This document shows positions 54,970 through 64,000 of a stretch of DNA of 64,000 bases, piece by piece. Source of the stretch: Escherichia coli (GTDB taxonomy: Bacteria; Pseudomonadota; Gammaproteobacteria; Enterobacterales; Enterobacteriaceae); the NCBI RefSeq assembly GCF_024223415.1, contig NZ_CP100500.1. One strand, given 5' to 3'. Made by a program: the position numbers and the translations under genes. The notes below the pieces were generated by a model. It was not told the DNA's origin and searched no databases. It saw nothing but the letters and a program-made list of their open reading frames with translations. Numbering within the stretch: the stretch's first letter is position 1; each line of letters begins with the position of its first letter.

Positions 54970-56010
54970 ATGATCACCATTCGTGATGTAGCGCGTCAGG
55001 CTGGCGTCTCTGTGGCAACGGTTTCCCGGGTGCTCAATAACAGCACGCTGGTCAGTGCCGACACGCGTGAAGCAGTAATGAAAGCCGTGAGTGAGCTGGA
55101 TTATCGGCCAAACGCCAATGCCCAGGCGCTGGCAACTCAGGTTAGCGATACCATTGGCGTGGTGGTGATGGACGTTTCTGATGCTTTTTTCGGCGCGCTG
55201 GTAAAAGCGGTGGATCTGGTCGCCCAGCAGCATCAGAAATACGTGCTAATCGGCAATAGCTATCATGAAGCGGAAAAAGAGCGTCACGCCATTGAGGTGT
55301 TAATTCGCCAGCGTTGTAATGCGTTGATTGTTCACTCAAAAGCATTGAGTGACGATGAACTGGCGCAATTTATGGATAACATTCCCGGTATGGTGTTAAT
55401 CAACCGCGTTGTGCCGGGGTACGCCCATCGTTGCGTTTGCCTGGATAATCTCAGCGGTGCCCGAATGGCGACGCGCATGTTGCTGAATAACGGTCATCAA
55501 CGTATTGGTTATCTTTCTTCCAGCCACGGCATTGAAGATGACGCCATGCGTAAAGCAGGCTGGATGAGTGCGTTGAAAGAGCAGGATATTATTCCGCCAG
55601 AAAGCTGGATTGGCACTGGTACGCCGGACATGCCGGGCGGTGAGGCGGCGATGGTTGAACTGCTGGGGCGCAATCTACAACTTACCGCTGTATTTGCTTA
55701 TAACGACAATATGGCCGCTGGCGCACTGACAGCATTAAAAGATAATGGCATTGCGATTCCGTTACATCTCTCAATCATCGGTTTCGATGATATTCCCATC
55801 GCCCGTTACACCGACCCGCAATTAACGACCGTGCGTTATCCCATTGCTTCAATGGCTAAATTAGCCACCGAACTGGCCTTGCAGGGGGCAGCAGGCAATA
55901 TTGATCCTCGTGCCAGCCACTGTTTTATGCCGACGTTAGTGCGTCGCCATTCTGTCGCAACGCGCCAGAATGCGGCGGCGATCACTAACTCAACAAATCA
56001 GGCGATGTAA
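54970..56010 (+). CDS. galS: LacI-family regulator GalS, mgl repressor/galactose isorepressor (346 aa)
   Basis: N-terminal HTH ([23 protein letters not shown]); recognised as E. coli GalS. Confidence 0.9.
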   Translation: MITIRDVARQAGVSVATVSRVLNNSTLVSADTREAVMKAVSELDYRPNANAQALATQVSDTIGVVVMDVSDAFFGALVKAVDLVAQQHQKYVLIGNSYHEAEKERHAIEVLIRQRCNALIVHSKALSDDELAQFMDNIPGMVLINRVVPGYAHRCVCLDNLSGARMATRMLLNNGHQRIGYLSSSHGIEDDAMRKAGWMSALKEQDIIPPESWIGTGTPDMPGGEAAMVELLGRNLQLTAVFAYNDNMAAGALTALKDNGIAIPLHLSIIGFDDIPIARYTDPQLTTVRYPIASMAKLATELALQGAAGNIDPRASHCFMPTLVRRHSVATRQNAAAITNSTNQAM

Positions 56011-56289
56011 CCGCTTTCAATCTGTGAGTGATTTCACAGTATCTTAACAATGTGATGGCTATGATTGCACCGTTTTAACGTTGTAACCCGTATGTAACAG
56101 TGAATAATCACTTTCACCGAGGTAATAGCGTCATAACAACAATTAAAGCCGTTTTCTGGAGCGTTACCGGGCATGGAAGAACGAATTTTAAAAAGTGAGC
56201 TTCGGCGTTCAGTAACACTTCATTAACTCTACTGCCCCGCCGAGCATTTATCTCAAGCACTACCCTGCATAAGAAAAACCGGAGATACC

Positions 56290-57288
56290 ATGAATAAGAA
56301 GGTGTTAACCCTGTCTGCTGTGATGGCCAGCATGTTATTCGGTGCCGCTGCACACGCTGCTGATACTCGCATTGGTGTAACAATCTATAAGTACGACGAT
56401 AACTTTATGTCTGTAGTGCGCAAGGCTATTGAGCAAGATGCGAAAGCCGCGCCAGATGTTCAGCTGCTGATGAATGATTCTCAGAATGACCAGTCCAAGC
56501 AGAACGATCAGATCGACGTATTGCTGGCGAAAGGGGTGAAGGCACTGGCAATCAACCTGGTTGACCCGGCAGCTGCGGGTACGGTGATTGAGAAAGCGCG
56601 TGGGCAAAACGTGCCGGTGGTTTTCTTCAACAAAGAACCGTCTCGTAAGGCGCTGGATAGCTACGACAAAGCCTACTACGTTGGCACTGATTCCAAAGAG
56701 TCCGGCATTATTCAGGGCGATTTGATTGCTAAACACTGGGCGGCGAATCAGGGTTGGGATCTGAACAAAGACGGTCAGATTCAATTCGTATTGCTGAAAG
56801 GTGAACCGGGCCATCCGGATGCAGAAGCACGTACCACTTACGTGATTAAAGAGCTGAACGACAAAGGCATTAAAACTGAACAGTTACAGTTAGATACCGC
56901 TATGTGGGATACCGCTCAGGCGAAAGATAAGATGGACGCCTGGCTGTCTGGCCCGAACGCCAACAAAATCGAAGTGGTTATCGCCAACAACGATGCGATG
57001 GCAATGGGCGCGGTAGAAGCACTGAAAGCACACAACAAGTCCAGCATTCCGGTGTTTGGCGTCGATGCGCTGCCAGAAGCGCTGGCGCTGGTGAAATCCG
57101 GTGCACTGGCGGGCACCGTACTGAACGATGCTAACAACCAGGCGAAAGCGACCTTTGATCTGGCGAAAAACCTGGCCGATGGCAAAGGTGCGGCTGATGG
57201 CACCAACTGGAAAATCGACAACAAAGTGGTCCGCGTACCTTATGTTGGCGTAGATAAAGACAACCTGGCTGAATTCAGCAAGAAATAA
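56290..57288 (+). CDS. mglB: Galactose/glucose periplasmic binding protein MglB (332 aa)
   Basis: Translated ORF recognised as E. coli MglB; signal peptide. Confidence 0.9.
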   Translation: MNKKVLTLSAVMASMLFGAAAHAADTRIGVTIYKYDDNFMSVVRKAIEQDAKAAPDVQLLMNDSQNDQSKQNDQIDVLLAKGVKALAINLVDPAAAGTVIEKARGQNVPVVFFNKEPSRKALDSYDKAYYVGTDSKESGIIQGDLIAKHWAANQGWDLNKDGQIQFVLLKGEPGHPDAEARTTYVIKELNDKGIKTEQLQLDTAMWDTAQAKDKMDAWLSGPNANKIEVVIANNDAMAMGAVEALKAHNKSSIPVFGVDALPEALALVKSGALAGTVLNDANNQAKATFDLAKNLADGKGAADGTNWKIDNKVVRVPYVGVDKDNLAEFSKK

Positions 57289-57348
57289 GACTGATTGGGC
57301 GCAGTCTATTACTGCGCCCTTATTGTATGACCAACAAGGTAAAATTAT

Positions 57349-58869
57349 ATGGTCAGCTCAACGACTCCGTCCTCCGGGGAATACTTGTTGGAAATGAGCG
57401 GTATCAACAAGTCCTTTCCTGGTGTTAAGGCACTTGATAACGTTAATTTAAAAGTCCGGCCACATTCTATCCATGCATTAATGGGGGAAAACGGTGCAGG
57501 AAAATCGACATTATTAAAATGCCTGTTTGGTATTTATCAAAAAGACTCCGGCACCATTTTATTCCAGGGTAAAGAGATCGATTTCCATTCTGCAAAAGAA
57601 GCCCTGGAAAATGGTATTTCGATGGTACACCAGGAGTTAAACCTGGTATTACAACGTTCGGTGATGGATAACATGTGGCTGGGGCGATACCCCACCAAAG
57701 GCATGTTTGTCGATCAGGACAAAATGTACCGCGAAACCAAAGCGATTTTTGATGAACTGGATATTGATATCGATCCGCGTGCGCGCGTCGGCACATTATC
57801 TGTTTCGCAAATGCAGATGATCGAAATCGCCAAAGCGTTTTCCTATAACGCGAAAATTGTGATTATGGATGAACCGACTTCTTCGTTAACCGAAAAAGAG
57901 GTCAATCATCTGTTCACTATTATTCGTAAATTAAAAGAGCGCGGCTGCGGTATTGTTTATATCTCGCATAAAATGGAAGAAATCTTCCAGTTATGTGATG
58001 AAGTTACCGTATTGCGCGACGGTCAGTGGATCGCCACTGAACCGCTGGCAGGACTGACGATGGACAAGATCATCGCCATGATGGTTGGGCGTTCTCTTAA
58101 CCAGCGTTTCCCTGACAAAGAAAACAAGCCGGGCGAAGTCATCCTCGAGGTGCGTAACCTGACGTCACTGCGCCAGCCGTCGATTCGCGATGTCTCGTTT
58201 GATCTGCATAAAGGGGAGATCCTCGGTATTGCCGGTCTGGTGGGGGCGAAACGTACCGATATTGTTGAGACGTTATTTGGTATTCGCGAGAAATCGGCTG
58301 GCACCATAACGTTGCACGGCAAACAGATCAATAACCATAATGCCAACGAAGCCATAAACCACGGATTTGCACTGGTAACTGAGGAGCGCCGCTCAACGGG
58401 AATTTATGCCTATCTGGATATCGGTTTTAACTCGTTAATTTCCAATATTCGCAACTACAAAAATAAAGTTGGTTTACTGGATAACTCGCGGATGAAAAGC
58501 GATACCCAGTGGGTGATTGATTCGATGCGGGTGAAAACGCCGGGTCATCGGACGCAAATTGGTTCGCTCTCAGGTGGTAATCAGCAAAAGGTGATTATTG
58601 GTCGCTGGCTGTTAACGCAACCAGAAATATTAATGCTCGATGAACCGACGCGCGGTATTGATGTCGGGGCGAAGTTTGAAATTTATCAGTTAATTGCCGA
58701 ACTGGCGAAGAAAGGCAAGGGGATTATTATTATCTCCTCTGAAATGCCTGAGTTGTTAGGGATAACAGACCGTATTCTGGTCATGAGCAATGGTCTCGTT
58801 TCCGGAATTGTCGACACAAAAACAACAACGCAAAACGAAATTCTGCGTCTTGCGTCTTTGCACCTTTAA
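57349..58869 (+). CDS. mglA: Galactose ABC transporter ATP-binding protein MglA (506 aa)
   Basis: Translated ORF recognised as E. coli MglA; two ABC domains. Confidence 0.9.
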
Positions 58870-58884
58870 GATTAGGGGCTTCCC

Positions 58885-59895
58885 ATGAGTGCGTTAAATA
58901 AGAAAAGTTTTCTTACTTACCTGAAAGAGGGCGGTATTTACGTCGTTCTTTTAGTTTTGCTGGCGATTATTATTTTCCAGGACCCAACATTTTTAAGTCT
59001 GTTGAACTTAAGTAATATTCTCACCCAGTCATCGGTGCGTATTATTATCGCGCTCGGTGTGGCAGGGTTAATTGTCACCCAGGGGACCGATCTTTCTGCT
59101 GGTCGTCAGGTAGGGCTGGCGGCAGTGGTGGCTGCGACATTATTGCAGTCCATGGATAACGCCAACAAAGTGTTCCCGGAAATGGCGACGATGCCGATTG
59201 CGCTGGTTATTCTGATTGTCTGTGCCATTGGTGCGGTGATCGGTTTGATCAACGGTCTGATTATCGCTTATCTCAACGTGACGCCGTTCATTACCACGCT
59301 CGGCACGATGATCATCGTCTATGGCATCAACTCGCTCTATTACGACTTTGTCGGGGCGTCGCCAATTTCTGGTTTTGACAGTGGCTTCTCTACCTTTGCT
59401 CAGGGCTTTGTCGCGCTGGGGAGTTTCCGTCTCTCTTACATCACCTTCTACGCGTTGATTGCGGTGGCGTTCGTCTGGGTGTTGTGGAACAAAACCCGCT
59501 TCGGTAAGAACATTTTTGCCATTGGCGGTAACCCGGAAGCGGCAAAAGTATCTGGTGTCAACGTCGGCCTGAACCTGCTGATGATCTACGCGTTGTCTGG
59601 TGTGTTCTATGCCTTCGGCGGGATGTTAGAAGCCGGACGTATCGGCTCTGCCACCAACAACCTCGGCTTTATGTATGAGCTGGATGCTATCGCGGCGTGC
59701 GTGGTAGGCGGTGTATCGTTCAGCGGCGGTGTGGGGACGGTGATTGGCGTGGTGACCGGGGTAATTATTTTTACCGTCATCAACTATGGCCTGACGTATA
59801 TCGGCGTAAACCCATACTGGCAGTACATCATCAAAGGGGCGATTATTATCTTCGCCGTAGCGCTGGATTCACTGAAATACGCGCGTAAGAAATGA
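58885..59895 (+). CDS. mglC: Galactose ABC transporter permease MglC (336 aa)
   Basis: Translated ORF recognised as E. coli MglC. Confidence 0.9.
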   Translation: MSALNKKSFLTYLKEGGIYVVLLVLLAIIIFQDPTFLSLLNLSNILTQSSVRIIIALGVAGLIVTQGTDLSAGRQVGLAAVVAATLLQSMDNANKVFPEMATMPIALVILIVCAIGAVIGLINGLIIAYLNVTPFITTLGTMIIVYGINSLYYDFVGASPISGFDSGFSTFAQGFVALGSFRLSYITFYALIAVAFVWVLWNKTRFGKNIFAIGGNPEAAKVSGVNVGLNLLMIYALSGVFYAFGGMLEAGRIGSATNNLGFMYELDAIAACVVGGVSFSGGVGTVIGVVTGVIIFTVINYGLTYIGVNPYWQYIIKGAIIIFAVALDSLKYARKK

Positions 59896-59954
59896 TGTGA
59901 ATGTGGTCCGCATTCGGTCATAAACGCACATAACATCATGATCTGTGTGGTTTT

Positions 59955-60130
59955 GTAGGCCGGATAAGGCGTTCACGCCGCATCCGGCAACAGGAGCCAA
60001 ATGCCGGATGCAACGCTGGCGCGTTTTATCCGGCCTACAATAAGCTCAACATACTGATTTGTATGGTTTTGTAGGCCGGATAAGGCGTTCAAGCCGCATC
60101 CGGCGACAGGAACCAAATGCCGGATGCGTC
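59955..60130. repeat. REP/BIME cluster between mglC and preA
   Basis: Repeated palindromic units GCCGGATAAGGCGTTCACGCCGCATCCGGC and inverted copies ATGCCGGATGC..., typical E. coli REP elements. Confidence 0.8.
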
Positions 60131-60137
60131 TCTGGTT

Positions 60138-61373
60138 TTACAACGTTACCGGGTGTTCTTTCTCGCCTTTCTTAAACTTCACTTCCCCGAGCTCAATACA
60201 ACCCACCGGGCAGACGTGACCACAAAGCAGACAACCCACACATTTCTCGGTATTACAATGCGGTGTGCGGGTTTTCTCGCTCCATTCCATCGCCTGGTGA
60301 CCGCCGTCGTAACAGGAAATATAACAGCGTCCACAGCCAACACATTTATCAAGATTGATACGGGGATAGACAATATAACTGCGGTCTAAATCTTCCGCCG
60401 GGACAATATTGTTATTCGCCAGACCTACCATCTCCTGCAACGAATCAAACCCTTGATCGGCGAGATAATGCGACAACCCGCTCGCCATATCTTCCACTAT
60501 CCGATAGCCGTACTGCATAATGCCGGTGGTGACCTGTAACGTTGCTGCGCCGAGCAATAAAAACTCCGCCGCATCTTCCCAGGTTTCAATGCCGCCGATA
60601 CCGCTGATCGGGAAATCGCGCAGTTCTGGATGGGTGCGCATTTGCTGAATAAAGCGCAGGGCGATCGGTTTTACCGCTTTACCGGAATATCCGGAAATAC
60701 TCGATTTACCGTTCACGATCGGCATACCGATTTTCTGATTAAGATCGATATTGGTGATGGATTTAACGGTGTTAATTGCCGCAATGCCATCTGCGCCGCC
60801 GCGCTTCGCCGCCAGCGCCACTTCGCACATATCACCGATATTCGGCGTCATCTTCGCCAGCATTGGCAGCGTGGAACCCCGTTTCACTGCCCGACAATAT
60901 TTTTCTACCAGCTCCGGGCTTTGCCCGACATCGCTACCCATCGCATGAGAAGTCATTTGCGGACAGGAGAAGTTACACTCGATCATATCCGCGCCAGCTT
61001 CTTGCACCAGGCGCGCCAGCTCCTCCCATTGCTGCTCATTTTCCCCCATGATCGAAGCGATCAATACTTTGTCCGGGTAATCTTCCTTCAGCCGACGCAG
61101 GGCGGCCAGATTCTCTTCCAACGGATGTTCAGCAATCTGCTCCATATTTTTGAAGCCGATAAAACCGGTATCTTCTTTCACCAGATGATCAAAACGCGGC
61201 GAGACTTCGTTGGCGATAAAAAAGCCGATCGTTTTAAACACCACACCGCCCCAACCTGTGTCGTAGGCTTTGGCACACATCTCATAGCAGTTGCCTACCG
61301 GCGAAGAAGAGAGGCAGAACGGGTTGGGAAACTTCACGCCGCAAAAAGTAATCGAAAGATCTTTCGTTAACAT
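60138..61373 (-). CDS. preA: NAD-dependent dihydropyrimidine dehydrogenase subunit PreA/YeiA (about 411 aa)
   Basis: Translated ORF recognised as E. coli PreA; C-terminal 4Fe-4S ferredoxin Cys clusters. Confidence 0.9.
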   Translation of the reverse strand: MLTKDLSITFCGVKFPNPFCLSSSPVGNCYEMCAKAYDTGWGGVVFKTIGFFIANEVSPRFDHLVKEDTGFIGFKNMEQIAEHPLEENLAALRRLKEDYPDKVLIASIMGENEQQWEELARLVQEAGADMIECNFSCPQMTSHAMGSDVGQSPELVEKYCRAVKRGSTLPMLAKMTPNIGDMCEVALAAKRGGADGIAAINTVKSITNIDLNQKIGMPIVNGKSSISGYSGKAVKPIALRFIQQMRTHPELRDFPISGIGGIETWEDAAEFLLLGAATLQVTTGIMQYGYRIVEDMASGLSHYLADQGFDSLQEMVGLANNNIVPAEDLDRSYIVYPRINLDKCVGCGRCYISCYDGGHQAMEWSEKTRTPHCNTEKCVGCLLCGHVCPVGCIELGEVKFKKGEKEHPVTL

Positions 61374-62605
61374 GAGCAAGCTCCCTCTAAATAGTGATGA
61401 ATCGCCTCGGCGGCTTCTTTCCCGGTTTTCACGGCATAGACCACGGTTTTGTCACCCTCAACAATATCGCCAGCAGCAAAGACTTGCGGGTCGCGGGTCT
61501 GATAATTTTGTGTTTTGATGGTGTTACGCTGCGGCTCTAACTCCGCAAAGGCATCTAGTCTGGCATGCTGACCGACGGCGAGAATAATTTTATCTGCCGC
61601 CATCGTCAGTTCGCCCGATAACCGTACATGCTTAAACGTGACTTTATTGCCTTCCACGGCTACTGGCGTGAATCCATCGATGATCGAAACGCCCAGCTCC
61701 CGGGCGCTGGTAAACTCTTTTTCGCTTGCCGGAAACTCATCTAACTCTTCACGCGCTACGCAAGTTACCGCCTGACAGCCGAGAACTTTCAGCGTGCTGG
61801 CTACGTCCATCGCGACATCACCGCCGCCGATAATTAATGCGCTTTGTGGAATGCTGATATCGCCTTGCGCCTGTCGTGCACGTTGCAAGAAGTCGACGGC
61901 AATCTCAACGTCACTATGCTCAAACAGCGGTAGCCCGGAACCGCTTGATAACCCCACGGTGACCAGTACCGCGCGGTTTTCTGCTTTCAGCTGCTCAAGG
62001 GTGAGTGTGTTACCGACTTCGTTGTTGCACTTAATGGTCACGCCCATTTTTTCAATACGGGCGATCTCTGCATCCAGCACTGATTGCGGTAACCGGAATT
62101 GCGGAATACCGTTACGCAACCAGCCACCGGGGTGCGCTTCTTTCTCATAAATCGTGACGTCATAACCCTGGTTTGTCAGTGTCACACTGGCCTGCAATCC
62201 GGCAGGACCTGCGCCAATAATCGCGACTTTGCCGAGCGTTTTAGTACCGGGCTGATAAATTTCCATTCCGGTTTGTTGTTCAAAATCAGTAACAAAACGC
62301 TGTAAGCGGCTGATATCAATGGGAGCATCAACACCGGCACGGGTACAACCGCTTTGGCATAATTTCTCCGTCGGGCACACTCTGGCACAAACAGCACCGA
62401 GGGCATTATTTTCGCGAATTGTCTCGGCAGCGCCTTTAAAATTACGAAAGTAGATTGAGCGAATAAATTTCCCCGGATCGGTCTGTGCCGGGCAAGCCTG
62501 ACTACAGGGAGCGTCGTGACATAATAAACAGCGAGAGGCTTCTTTAATCGCCAGTAAAGACGTAAAAGCCGGAGTGAGTTCATCCAGATAATTTTGTTGC
62601 GGCAT
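61367..62605 (-). CDS. preT: NAD-dependent dihydropyrimidine dehydrogenase subunit PreT/YeiT (412 aa)
   Basis: Translated ORF recognised as E. coli PreT; FAD/NAD-binding GxGxxG motifs. Confidence 0.9.
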   Translation of the reverse strand: MPQQNYLDELTPAFTSLLAIKEASRCLLCHDAPCSQACPAQTDPGKFIRSIYFRNFKGAAETIRENNALGAVCARVCPTEKLCQSGCTRAGVDAPIDISRLQRFVTDFEQQTGMEIYQPGTKTLGKVAIIGAGPAGLQASVTLTNQGYDVTIYEKEAHPGGWLRNGIPQFRLPQSVLDAEIARIEKMGVTIKCNNEVGNTLTLEQLKAENRAVLVTVGLSSGSGLPLFEHSDVEIAVDFLQRARQAQGDISIPQSALIIGGGDVAMDVASTLKVLGCQAVTCVAREELDEFPASEKEFTSARELGVSIIDGFTPVAVEGNKVTFKHVRLSGELTMAADKIILAVGQHARLDAFAELEPQRNTIKTQNYQTRDPQVFAAGDIVEGDKTVVYAVKTGKEAAEAIHHYLEGACSC

Positions 62606-62798
62606 GTGATCTTCCTTAATGCTATAGGTAATTAAGGCGAGCGTTTAGTAAATAATAATGTACTGATATTAAGGCTAAGCGTGCGGGGGAATTTAAACTG
62701 TGAAAAGATTCACAAATAGCTGCGGTTAGGAATGTGATATCCGCAGCTTATCAGGTGAAGTAATAATTATTCTCAATAATTAACTGGAGAGGGGAATA

Positions 62799-64000
<1,202 letters not shown>

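Noticed and set aside
60630-61370. 246-aa plus-strand ORF
   Set aside because: Antisense to preA; a stop-depleted antisense frame of a real gene.

Overview
The window is Escherichia coli chromosome, recognised by reading the translated ORFs against remembered K-12 proteins (no search was run). From 10420 to the right end it is conserved backbone in K-12 order, reverse-complemented: proL, yejM, yejL, yejK, rplY, radD, rsuA, bcr, yejG, yejFEBA, rtn, mepS, lpxT, yeiR, yeiQ, yeiP, yeiW, setB, fruBKA, psuKGT, yeiL, rihB, nupX, yeiI, nfo, yeiH, yeiE, lysP, cirA, yeiG, folE, yeiB, galS, mglBAC, preAT, yeiS, sanA and the 3' end of cdd. The backbone is ordinary except that cirA carries an in-frame TAG stop (50988..50990). 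The left 10.4 kb (1..10419) is not K-12 backbone. It is an integrative element at the 3' end of tRNA-Pro, with a P4-type integrase, an AlpA-like regulator, a RepA-like helicase next to an iteron array, an SSB, PerC-like and FinO/ProQ-like genes, and a capsid operon holding only lambda gpE-like and gpD-like genes. No terminase, portal, protease or tail gene is visible, which fits a phage satellite (PICI or P4-like) better than a prophage, but the left boundary is not in the window. The most unusual part is 6840..8250 inside the element: four small same-frame ORFs on the + strand, a multi-hairpin untranslated tail, and a 1.8 kb stop-free but non-protein-like frame on the opposite strand. Gene starts are approximate where I trimmed ORF extensions.
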